A stretch of 62,966 bases of DNA, filler included, from Guillardia theta CCMP2712 (taxonomy: Eukaryota > Protista > Cryptophyta): NCBI RefSeq assembly GCF_000315625.1. It is 6 parts of 6 records of this genome, joined end to end, with 100 filler letters (N's around TTAATTAATTAA, not from the genome) between each part and the next. Parts side by side here need not be neighbours in the genome. Positions count along the whole stretch, not along the records: positions 1 to 18,007 come from NW_005434513.1; 5 more parts are not named here. One strand, written 5' to 3'. The translations under genes were made by a program, and so were the position numbers. The notes under the pieces were generated by a model. That model had not been told where the DNA came from. It saw only the letters and a list, made by a program, of their open reading frames with translations, and did no database searches. Below are positions 1-11,477 of the stretch, one piece after another. Each line of letters begins with the position of its first letter. Position 1 is the stretch's first letter.

Positions 1-201
1 AGAGCAGAGCAGAGCAGAGCAGAGCAGATGGGAGGTGAACGGAGACGGAAAAGGAGAGGTAAAGACCAGGGATATTTTCTTGGTTCTCAATCGCTCGTGT
101 TGACTCAACTCAGCAAAGGCTTGTGCGAAGAATTGAGGGAGAGGCTGCGAAAATTATCAGAGGGGAAGAAGAATGGGGGGAGAAGGGTAGGAAGGAGGGA
201 A

Positions 202-276
<75 letters not shown>

Positions 277-325
277 GGGAAGAGCAGGAGGAGGAGGAGG
301 AGCAAGAGCAGGAGCAGGAGCAAGA

Positions 326-1674
326 TCAAGAAAGCAGGAGGGAGAAGGTTTTTATGTCGCACATCAAAAAGTTCCCAGCATCGACCTGGTATTGTGTGAT
401 CAGAATCATATCACAATGATTTGTCTTGTTACCAAAGAAGTTGGAGAAACTATCACTCTGTGCTGAGATTTGCACCTTGGGCAAAGTCACGAGATTAGCA
501 CTTGTATGATCAGATGCATTTATCATCAGATGTAATGTGATCTATTCATAATTGGACACATGTATCAACACTGGCGTACATGATAACAAGCATACATCAT
601 ATGATGCATGTTCCATCAGAACAAACTTCCTCTAACTGCTGCTGACCTGCTCTCGAAGTTTTTGCTCCTCCTCAAAGGCGGCTTTGGGAATCCAACATTT
701 TGAAATGAGTTCACAGGCTGATCGCAAAGTTAGCATGTCGTTAAGAGTTGTCATATTGTAATCTACTCACTGATCACTTCTGACAAGTGCAACATCTTTC
801 CAGATGGACTGCATACGAACAAGTGAGCACAGAAGAACAATGCAATATGAAGACTTCATCTACCTTCTTTCGTCATCTGCGTTCTTCTTGGCTGCAAACA
901 TGTGCAACATGCTCTGTTGAGAACAATCAGCTACGTTTCTCATCTTCTGTTTGGCTACCGCGTGGAGATTCTTCATGTCTTCAATGCTCAACCTGTTCTC
1001 TGTTGATTTTGCAGCCTGCACTTTGGTCTTCTTGTCTTTGACCTTGCCCTGAACAATGATTGTGATGACATCAGAACACAATTGAGTGCTTGTCTTACCT
1101 TCTTGTCAGATTTCTTTTCAGATTTCTTGTCTGATGTGAAGAACTTTTTGACGTCTTCTTCAAGGTATCCTTTCATGCAAGAGTCAGACAACAATCGAAA
1201 AAGGATTCGAACAATTGAAAGAGATTGAAAAACAACTGTTGTTACCGATGATCATGGTTTGACAACCATGCTCTACAGTGTTGACGCTCTGTTATGTTTC
1301 GTCAGTTCTGAATGTGTATATCTTTCAGTTCTTCTTGCAGTTCTCACCTTCTTCAGCTCTTTTCTCCAGCATCTCCATCTCCATCTTCATCTTCAACCTC
1401 ATCATCCAACCAGTGGATCCTTTCTATCGCAGCCTTCTGCTGGGCTACAAACAATTCGTCGACACGTTCCTTTGCCATGGTTATGATCTCGTTCAGAGGT
1501 CGATTTCCCTTCTCGTGCTGCTTCGCAATCTTTGTAGATGTAAATCTCACATCCTGATTGCCGTGATGTTCCTACCTGATCGAGAAGTTTCACTGACGCT
1601 TGTCGGAGCCTGTCAAGATTGTCAAGGACACACTGAAAAGAAGAAAGAAATTGAATTGAAGTGAGAATGATAAC

Positions 1675-1724
<50 letters not shown>

Positions 1725-2558
1725 CAAGATCGATGATGAGAGTGATGCTGGAGACGATGAGGAGTAGGAGTAGGAGCAGAAGGAAGAGGATTAGGTTGGG
1801 GAATAGGTGCATGAAAATAAAACACGACGATGATTGTAATGTCAATCATTTTCAAATTCATCAACTCACCTTTCTATGTATGCGGCGATTGTTTCATCTC
1901 GTCTCTGCAAAAACTTGTTACGCGCAGAAGCAGAAATGAAATTTGCAATGACAACTTGAAGTATTGTCGGAATCGTCGTTGTTGGTTGACTTGTAGTTTG
2001 AACATGTAGTAATGTGTCAAGTAGCTGCAAGCACCACAAAAATCATTCGAGAGAAAAGGAAGACGATCAGAAAACTTGAAAAAGTTGTAAATGAAACTCG
2101 AACATGCAGAAACTTTGCAATGACAATCGGCGAGCAACATAATGAATACAACAAACCATATCACGACAGCAGCAATACAATGGATAACACTTACCATCTG
2201 TCTTCTTTCCTCCTCTTCATACTTTACGATTGCGATTTTCTCTTCCATGTCTGAATTTGCCTCAACTTGCACTCTCTGCCAAATCTCATCAACCCGAGAA
2301 ATAATGTCCTAATTGTTTGTAACAGTTGTGTTCTTACCTGTTTCATGTAGTTTCTCTGCATCTCTTCTGAGTTTGCTGACATCTAAACCAGATTGTCATA
2401 TCGTCACACATGCTAACAAAGATTGACATGTTGTTGTTCACCTTCTTTCTAGCATTCTCTCTGTTCTTTTCATTTTCAAGTTTCCGTTCTGCCGCATGCG
2501 CTCGTCTAGAAGACACCTGTGATCAGCAACATGCTGCTTCTCCTCCATCTGCCCATTC

Positions 2559-2596
<38 letters not shown>

Positions 2597-2604
2597 CCAT
2601 CACC

Positions 2605-2650
<46 letters not shown>

Positions 2651-2660
2651 CAATTATTCG

Positions 2661-2711
<51 letters not shown>

Positions 2712-2717
2712 AAATAT

Positions 2718-2749
<32 letters not shown>

Positions 2750-4457
2750 GTATCAATTTGTTTGTTCAGGTCTTCTCCCATAACAAACATCCCATGGAAA
2801 CAAATCTATATCCTCACCTTGTCACCTCCTGCAGCAACCTCGACATGTTCTCTTCGCGCACATTTGCCTTCTCATACATATCACAACTTGGCGCATGAGA
2901 CGAGATCAGCTCGCCTTTGCCAGAGCATCTTGCAAAGATGTAATCTGCAAACAAATGTCGATCAGTGATAATTCATCTTCATCTCATTTCTGCACCTCTT
3001 CTCGCTGACTTTGCACTTTTTTCCTGTCCTCTTTTGTTCAACATGTCAAGATTTGCGATGTTGTTGTCAATATCAATTCACCTCTCGACGAATCTGCTTC
3101 TTTTTTAGCTCGTTGACCTGCAGTGAAGAAAATGAACAAAACTATGTCATGTCATGTCATGTCATGTCATGTCATGTCATGTCATGTCATGTCATCTCAT
3201 CTCATGTCATAACAAGGTCGAAGCTGAGTACAAACAAACCTGAGCAGCAAGTTGTTCGATCCTCATAATCCTTACAATCTCTCTGGCCTGATGGTAAACA
3301 TGAATTGACAGTCTTGACATGTCAAAAGTTTCACCTTTGCATTGCGAATAGATCGATCTCTTTCCTTCTCCGCCTGCTCAACCTGACGCTCGCACCTGGA
3401 AACCTTGAGAAGGCAGTAGGAAGAGAGGAGAGGAGAGGAGAGGAGAGGAGAGGAGAGGGAGGAGGAGGGAGGAGGAGGAGGAGGAGGAGGGAGGAGGAGG
3501 AGGAGGAGGAGAGGAGAGGAGAGGAGAGGAGAGGAGAGGAGGGGAGAGGGGAGGGGAGGAGGGAGGAGGAGGAGGAGGAGAAAGGAACGAGAGGAAAGAG
3601 ACGAGGGGAGGAGGAAGGGTGTGCAGGATGCACTTACCAGCTCCATCAGCTCATGCTCAAGGACAAGTTTCTGCAAGGAGTCAGATAGGCAAGAGGAAGC
3701 CCGAGGAGGAGGAGAAGGAAGAAGTGGTGGTGGGGTTTGAGGAGGAGCAGGAGGCTTTACTTCTTCTTGTTCCTTCAGTCGCCTCCTCTGCTGCTCGATC
3801 TCCGCTGCCGTCTGCTCCCTCGCGTCAAGTAGCTCCCAGCCTTCACTGTCCTCACCTTCTTCTGCTGCAGGTATCTCTCCTCCTCCTCCCGCACCTGCCC
3901 CTCATTCTCACCACTAGCCTCCACAACCTCTGCCACCTGCTCAAAGAGCGACGCGAGATGTCCGACCGATGCCTTGGGGAAGTTGGCGAGCAGTGGGTAG
4001 GCGCCTCCACCTCCCCTCTTCTCGAGGAACACTCTCTCCTTCTCTGCTCGCTCCTCCTCCTCCTCTCCCACGCTCGACTGCATCTGAAAGCTCGTTATCC
4101 TCGCCTGCGTCTGCCTGCCTGCCTGCACCTGTCGGAGCATGCGAGCGAATCGAAGGTCTCCCGCGATCGAGCAAGCAGAAACAACGACCGCCTGCTCCTC
4201 CCCGTCAGCTCCTCCGACCTTCATCACAACTCTGCCTCGCCCCCCCCCCCCCTNNNNNNNNNNNNNNNNNNNNNNNNNNNNNNNNNNNNNNNNNNNNNNN
4301 NNNNNNNNNNNNNNNNNNNNNNNNNNNNNNNNNNNNNNNNNNNNNNNNNNNNNTCCTCCTCATCTCTTTCCTTCACCTCAAGATCCCGCGGGTCCGCTGG
4401 TCCATGTCCTAAAATCATCGTACTAGAGGGAGTGAGAAGGAAACAAAATCAACTGAA

Positions 4458-4494
<37 letters not shown>

Positions 4495-4601
4495 TCCTCC
4501 TCCTCTCGCTCTTCAGACCCTCTTCCTCTTGCTCCTTCCTGCTAGTTTTCTCCACCTTCTTTCCCTCTCTTTGAACCTCCACCCAGCTATCTTGCCCTCG
4601 T

Positions 4602-4643
<42 letters not shown>

Positions 4644-4649
4644 CCTCGT

Positions 4650-4684
<35 letters not shown>

Positions 4685-5167
4685 CCCTCGCCCTCGTCTT
4701 CATCCTCCTTGCTCCTTACCTCGGATGCTCTGCAGCATGCGGGGATATCTCTGACAGGGAAGCAGCGATCGAGGGAGCAGAGGAGGTACGAGAGGAGATA
4801 GAGAGCTCTTCCTCCCTGTAACCCAGCATGCTAGGATGGTAACCCTGATCCTCCTGATCGCGAAGCTTGAAGGACAGCTGATGAAGCTGCTTCTCAAGGT
4901 CTTCAACTTCCTTTCCTTGTAGCTGTTTGCACTTGCTGTCAGTTGTTGCCATGATCGTGATGCTAGCAACGGGACCTCTTGCACGTTCTTGACTGCTATT
5001 GACCCTTCTTCAGGGAGTATGAAGGCAGATCCCCAGTTCTTGCCTCCTCCCAGGGAAGAGTGGTGGCAACCTGTAGCAAAGACAAATCAGGGATGCGATG
5101 GAAAGGTATGGTGATAGAGGTGATGATGATGATGTTGATGTTGATGTTGATGATGATGATGATAACC

Positions 5168-5211
<44 letters not shown>

Positions 5212-6636
5212 AATGGGAGTGGTGAAATCTTGTTGATTTTGTTGGCTCTGATGTCAACATATGATGAGTTACCTGGAATCATATGATATGCTATCTCAGA
5301 TGTCGGACGATGAAGTATCGAAGCAAGGTTCCCAACCCGTTCAGAAATCGCCTCAGCCTGACAATACAATTGAGAAGATCCAAGCAACATGAAGATGTAA
5401 GAAGAGAGTGTAGAACGGAGTAGTGATGATGAGCTGGAGGAGGAGCATGATAGAAAAGAAGAGAGCAGGAGGAGGAGGAGCAGGAGCAGGAGCAGGAGCA
5501 TGGGGAGCAGCAAAGAGCAGCAGCAGGATGGGAAGGAGGATGGGGAGGATGGGGAAGAGGATGGAAAGGAGGAGCAGGAGGAGCAGGAGGAGCAGGAGCA
5601 GTAAAAAGCAGCAGGAGGATGAGCAGCAGCAAAGAGCAGCAGGAGCAGCAGGAGCAGCAGGAGCAGGAGCAGGAGCAGGAGGTCAAGAGGATTACTCGAG
5701 CAAGCAGATGTCCCATCTTTTCAACGTTTGTCATCGACATCCATTCCTCAGGTGCGCCAGGAAGTTCTTGAACCTCAAGTTGTCTTGCAAGTGCAAACAT
5801 TACTTCACAGCACAGTTCAAACAAAACGATAATGACATGACATGACATGACATGACATGACATGACATGACATGACATGACATGACATGACATGACATGA
5901 CATGACATGACATCAGGCTGTGATATTTCATCTTTTGAACAGAGATTCATCTTACTTGAAGCAAGTTCTGCAAACAAGATTTCCTGTTTGTATATGTCAG
6001 GATGTTGGGGGTTGAGAAATGTACAATGATATGAATGACTTCACCTTTTTCCAAAACAACGTTTGGGGACTTGCAATAAGTGCAATTCAGCACACTCGAA
6101 GCAAGGATTGAAGCATTGGTGGCCAGTTCCAACATTGTCTGCTCAACAAACTTCATCTTGTCATGTGTGTTGAGATGTTTGTGTTAACCTTTTGCATCTG
6201 ATTTGTGTCTGCATTCCCAACAGATATCCTTCTGCAAATACAGTGACAGTTCAGTGACTGCAGGGTTGGAGCAAAACCCTCTAGAAATCATCATCATCTC
6301 CAAATTATCCATTTCCCTCTCCAATCATGAGTCATGATGCAAGTAGATGATTCAAGTACACTTTTTCAATCATGATTCATGATTCATGCAATCGTAATCA
6401 CCATCATCATATCCACGATCTTCCTCTTCATCATCATCATCATCATACCTTTGCGTCTGACTTCTCCCAGCAGAGCTCAGGTTTGTTCTGCTCGAAAGGA
6501 CTCGACTCGTCACGCTTCTGCCCATGCTCGAAAACTTGGGAGGCACAGGATGGGAGCGTTTGGATTCTGACGGAGTTGAAACGTTGGAGCTGGAGTGTGC
6601 GAAGAGACTGACACTGGATCCAGGGCGAGAAGACAA
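326..6636 (-). CDS. Multi-exon predicted coiled-coil protein(s) of unknown function; boundaries approximate, may be more than one gene
   Basis: Successive minus-strand E/K/Q/R-rich segments (e.g. ITMAKERVDELFVAQQKAAIERIHWL, QLQGKEVEDLEKQLHQLSFKLRDQEDQ, QKLVLEHELMEL) separated by GT-AG introns, many filled with microsatellites; Ser-rich N-terminal segment at 6370-6636. Confidence 0.4.
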
Positions 6637-6801
6637 TCTGCTCGAAATCCTGTTCCGGTCTGACCGAGTAGATGTCAGGAGATAAAAAAGGGGGAGGAGA
6701 TACCGAAGGAGAAGGAGAAAAAGAGAAGATACTGATGATGGTGACGACGAAGCAGGAGGAGGAGGGGGAGGGGGGGGGGGGGGGGGGAAAAAGTTGAGGA
6801 G

Positions 6802-6838
<37 letters not shown>

Positions 6839-7235
6839 AAAAATTTTTAAAAAAGGGAAATTTTTTAAAAAAAGAATAAAAAAAGCACAGAGTTTGGTAA
6901 CGGAAATTTTTTTTGGGAATTATTTTGGGGCAATGAGTGAAAAAATTTTTTTGGGGGAGAAAAAAAATTTTGTCTCTCCCCAAGCTGTAGAAGAACCTTT
7001 GGGGGGTGAAAGAGATTCTGGCGAATTTCTCCAGTTGGTGGGGGGGGAATTANNNNNNNNNNNNNNNNNNNNNNNNNNNNNNNNNNNNNNNNNNNNNNNN
7101 NNNNNNNNNNNNNNNNNNNNNNNNNNNNNNNNNNNNNNNNNNNNNNNNNNNNNNNNNNNNNNNNNNNNNNNNNNNNNNNNNNNNNNNNNNNNNNNNNNNN
7201 NNNNNNNNNNNNNNNNNNNNNNNNNNNNNNNNNNN

Positions 7236-7295
<60 letters not shown>

Positions 7296-7564
7296 TGAGA
7301 GGGAGAGAGTGTGGTGGGGGGGAAGAGGTAGAGGAGGAGGAGGAAGAGAAGAAGGAAGAAGAGGAAGAGGAAGAGATGTAGAAGAAGGAGAAGTATAATA
7401 GAAGATGATAAGAAGATCAAAAGGATTGTGATAGTAATATCATTGTTGGATATTATGTGTGACGATGAGTGAAAGAGATTTCTTGTGGCAAGTAACAGAT
7501 ATTGATCTCACCCAAGTCTGTAGACGATCCTTGACGGGATGAAGGAAGTTCTGGTAAGTTACTC

Positions 7565-8899
7565 ACGTTGTTGGGGGTGAATTCATCCGCTTCCTCTACA
7601 ACTGCCATCTTGTCCTCGTTCTCTGCGTTTGAACGCTCGGCAGGTTGCTGAGAGGAGAAGAGAGGAGAGGAGAGGAGAGGAGAGGAGAGGAGAGGAGAGG
7701 AGAGGAGAGGAGAGGAGAGGAGAGGAGAGGAGAGGAGAGGAGAGGAGAGGAGAGGAGAGGAGAGGAGAGGAGAGGAGAGGAGAGGAGAGGAGAGGAGAAG
7801 AGAAGAAGCAAAGGGTCAGCAGGCGCACATCTCCAATCATATCTCACAGCTTCTTGTTGCTCATGCTTCTTCTTCGGAGTCGATCTCAAGGAGGGAGGCC
7901 TTGCGCTGTTCCTTATCAGGGAGATCTCTCTTTTCATCACCTCCGCATCCTCGTCGATGCTCTGAACCAACTTGTTGATAGGATGAAGGTCCTTCTTCAC
8001 TGACAGTGGGATGGCCTGGAAGGGAGTTTCCCGCAAGGAGACCCACTGGTCAAACTGTTTACCACGTTGTCAACTGCGTTCACTCACAAAACTCTGACAG
8101 TCTCGTACCTGTGAGCTCTCACCAACACAGTGCAGCCTGACATTCTCTCCGGACTTTGTCAGTACCTGCGTCAACCTCCACTTGCCCCGCAGGAAAGCCC
8201 GGACGCGCATCCCAACTTCTACCTGCTGTAGACCGCTCTCTCCCCTCCTCTCCTCTCCAAACTTCGCCAGCTTGCTCTCCCCGGGAACATCTTCGTTTCC
8301 TCCTTCTCCCTCTTCCACTTCCTGCCTCCCAAACGCCTCTTGCACCTTGGTCGCGCGCTTGTCAAGCGTCTCCTCTGTCCCTACTGCGAGCATAGAGATT
8401 CTCGACATGCCCTTCACCCTGAGCTTCTTCGCCCCCTGCTCCCTCATCGCCGCTCCTGGTCCCGTCTTAGGACTTGATGGGTCAAACGCCTTGACGGAGC
8501 TCCCGGACGAGTTCTGGACAGAGAGCTCTCCCATCTCCTTGTCGGCTACGACGCTGTTCCCTCTCGCCTTCGGGCTGGCCTGCAGCTTCGAGAACAAACT
8601 CCGACGACGAAAGCTCGGCCTGTCCGTCACTGCCCGCATTGCCATCTCGTCCATGGCGCGCTCGAACGCTGTGAAGCCCCCCTTCTTTGGCGCGCGACTG
8701 CTCTGCATCACAAACCTTGTGCACGCGGGAGGTGCTCCCTGCCAGAGGGCAGGAGGTAGAACCTTCCCCCCTCCTTGTTCTGCTTGCTGCATGACAGTGA
8801 TGTGGTGGATTGCTCAACTCAATGTAGTTGGAGGTAGCAATCTCTTGTCTATCTGATCATGAAAGCACCTTTCTCTCTCTTCTCCTTTCCTTCCAACAT
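7565..8899 (-). CDS. Multi-exon protein with a Tudor-knot/chromo-barrel-like domain
   Basis: ORF 8070-8792 plus the next exon give VEVGMRVRAFLRGKWRLTQVLTKSGENVRLHCVGESSQ/FDQWVSL, which resembles the Tudor-knot/MBT pattern (V.xHY.G....DEWV); an (AGAGG)n intron lies at ~7650-7800. Confidence 0.4.
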
Positions 8900-9077
8900 G
8901 TTTCAACGGCACACGGTGAGTATCACCGGTGGTGGTCAAATCGTTAGGTTTTTTTTTTTGACAAACAGACTCTGAGAGAGACTCCGAGGCTCCGGGCCCC
9001 CAGCTGCCCGCAGCCCCGGCAGCCCGGGCCGGCCTGGGCCGGCGGCCCGGTTCACTGTCATGGATCCAGACATGAGA

Positions 9078-9128
9078 CCGCCCGATACAAGTGAGGGGTG
9101 GTCCTTGTTTATAGGAAAGTTTTCACTG
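9078..9128. repeat. ~50-bp dispersed repeat, copy 1 (CCGCCCGATACAAGTGAGGGG..GTGGTCCTTGTTTATAGGA.AGTTTT.ACTG)
   Basis: Near-identical to 11405-11458; each copy lies 3' of a CEHGR gene. Confidence 0.8.
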
Positions 9129-9370
9129 ATTTTTACATTGTCACACCATCGGTTGTTCCAACCCCGAAGGTCGACTACCCCCGAATAGCAACTTTTACAC
9201 CCAGCGTTTACCACATGAGCATATGCTCCCGACTGGCTCGGGTAGTTATCAAAAACCTCCGAGTGCTATCTGACTAGTACGAACCCAACAAGCCCCCGGC
9301 GCCCACCTCCTCCTCCTGGGCCTGCAAGCCAGTCATCTTTGCTACACAGCTACATCTTGTCCGCACCTGA

Positions 9371-10228
9371 TCAGCTCCTCCCCTGCTTGTACCTGCTGCT
9401 CCCTCCCCCGCATCCCTTGCATCTCGATCTCACCCGCCCGTGCTCGCATATGCTGCTGCCCCCGCATCCCTTGCATCTCGATCGCTCCCGCCCGTGCTCG
9501 CATATGCTGCTGCCCCCGCACTCCTTGCATACTGATCGCCGCCGCCCGTGCTCGCATATGCTGCTGCCCCCGCACTCCTTGCATCCCGATCTCACCCGCC
9601 CGTGCTCGCATATGCTGCTGCCCCCGCATCCCTTGCAGACCGATCGGACCCGCCCGTGCTCGCATATGCTGCCCCCCCCGCATCCCTTGCATCTCGATCG
9701 CCGCCGCCCGTGCTCGCATATGCTGCCCCCCCCGCAGTCCTTGCATCCCGATCGCTCCCGCCCGTGCTCGCATATGCTGACCCCCCCGCATCCCTTGCAT
9801 TTCGATCGCTCCCGCCCGTGCTCGCATATGCTGCCGCCCCCGCATCCATTGCAATGCGATCGGACCCGCCCGTGCTCGCATATGCTGCTGCCCCCGCAGT
9901 CTTTGCATTGCGATCTCACCCGCCCGTGCTCGCATATGCTGCTGCCCCCGCACTCCTTGCATCCCGATCGCTGCCGCCCGTGCTCGCATATGCTGCTGCC
10001 CCCGCATCCCTTGCATCCCGATCGGACCCGCCCGTGCTCGCATATGCTGCTGCCCCCGCACTCCTTGCATTTCGATCGCTGCCGTCCATGCTCGCATGTA
10101 CTTCTTCGTGTTGGCGATCTCTTCTTCGCTCTCTTTGCGTTCATTTCTTCTCCTCCCTCCTCTCTCGCCTCGTCTGATCCCTCCAGCCTTCTCCTCTTGC
10201 TCGACCTGCTGCCGCCGGCAGCCGACAT
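9371..10228 (-). CDS. Intronless tandem zinc-binding repeat protein: 13 x 18-aa CEHGRxRSxCKxCGGxSI units with a basic NLS-like N-terminus
   Basis: ORF 9371-10306 with ATG at 10228 (MSAAGGSRSSKRRRLE...AKRAKKR); 54-bp DNA repeat; invariant C-x-H-x6-C-x2-C. Confidence 0.85.
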   Translation of the reverse strand: MSAAGGSRSSKRRRLEGSDEAREEGGEEMNAKRAKKRSPTRRSTCEHGRQRSKCKECGGSSICEHGRVRSGCKGCGGSSICEHGRQRSGCKECGGSSICEHGRVRSQCKDCGGSSICEHGRVRSHCNGCGGGSICEHGRERSKCKGCGGVSICEHGRERSGCKDCGGGSICEHGRRRSRCKGCGGGSICEHGRVRSVCKGCGGSSICEHGRVRSGCKECGGSSICEHGRRRSVCKECGGSSICEHGRERSRCKGCGGSSICEHGRVRSRCKGCGGGSSRYKQGRS

Positions 10229-10276
10229 GTCACTGATTCCTTTTTGTTTTTTTGATCTCTTTTTAAAAGTTTTATT

Positions 10277-10666
10277 GACTGAAAATGGAAAGGCAAACCG
10301 GAGCAAACAAGGAGGAAAAGGAGATACCCCTACAAACCCGCCTCAAGAAAAAAACCAGGAAACGGAGGAGGCAGCAAAACCGCTACTCCAACCACGCAAG
10401 CGACGGCAGGCACGACAAGCAGGGGAACAAGGATCAGGACAAAGAGCAGTAGCGCAAGGCTACTGCCGAAACAGACGAGCACGCAAATGGTGAACTTGTG
10501 AAGCCAGGGTCCCCATACACCGCCTCCAAATGCCACGGTGTGGTTCTGTACTTTTAATGACTGAAAAAGCGAAGGCAAACCGGAGTGCAAACGAACCGGA
10601 GAAGCCCCTACAAACCCGCCTCAATAAAATACTAGCAAACGGAGGAGGCAGCACGGCAGGCACGAC
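10277..10666. repeat. Imperfect direct duplication (~100-bp matching blocks, ~283 bp apart) upstream of the first CEHGR gene
   Basis: GACTGAAAA..AAGGCAAACCGGAG...CCCCTACAAACCCGCCTCAA..AAACGGAGGAGGCAGCA at ~10277 and ~10560. Confidence 0.7.
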
Positions 10667-11404
10667 CTGCAGCACGCACTGTCCAGCCGGGGGGAAAGTC
10701 GGGCCGTCCCAATACCAGCAAAACTTCCGAAGTTCAAAGACCCGGTGGCACCCCTTCGATAAAAGGTACCCCAAAGATACCCCACAATCATACCGGTTGT
10801 AGAACCTCAGCCGTTATTGCCACCAACTGACTCTCACTGACTCGGATGAGACCCGGTTGAAGGCCCGGGCTAGAGTGCTCCTTGCTGTACGGGCAGACAC
10901 CCGCTGGCCCTCGCGCGAGCTCAGGCTCAGGATGAGGGAAGCCACCCGTGCTCGGAAGGCGCTGTCGGGCTGATGGATTGTCATGATGCAGTAGCGAAGT
11001 GAGCCTCGGAGAGCAGGTAGGTGATTGACTTCTGAGATAAGAGTGTTTACATAGTACCGTACCGTTCCAGAACGGTTACAATTTCTAAGTTTAGGGCTCG
11101 GCAAATCTGGGCTCTAATATAAGATCCATTATAAGATCCATGTGATCCAGCGGGGCCGTTCAGCACTCGAAGCTACACGGGCTGCTGACGTCTACCGTAG
11201 CGAGTGCTCAAGGCACTCGGAGTCCGCTGGATCGCACACAGAGGTGAAGAGTAGAGGTATGAAGTTACTTGAGATGCAACACAAACATCAACGCTCGTGG
11301 CACACACAGCAAGGGAAGGACAGACCCCCTCAAGGGGTTGTTGACGATCCTGCCGAGGCTAGAAATGCTCTTATCTTCTTCCCTGCCAGCATTGCGCTAC
11401 ATTG

Positions 11405-11458
11405 CCGCCCGATACAAGTGAGGGGAGGTGGTCCTTGTTTATAGGAGAGTTTTGACTG
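11405..11458. repeat. ~50-bp dispersed repeat, copy 2
   Basis: Near-identical to 9078-9128. Confidence 0.8.
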
Positions 11459-11477
11459 GAGTTATTCACCTTTAATC

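Noticed and set aside
28-419. ORFs of poly-RS, poly-EQ, poly-L, poly-M or poly-H here and throughout the window
   Set aside because: Translations of intronic or intergenic microsatellites.
6700-7053. Homopolymer-rich A/T/G stretch before a gap
   Set aside because: Looks like low-quality read-end stutter after a (GA)n tract.
11088-11096. Single TTTAGGG
   Set aside because: One copy is expected by chance.
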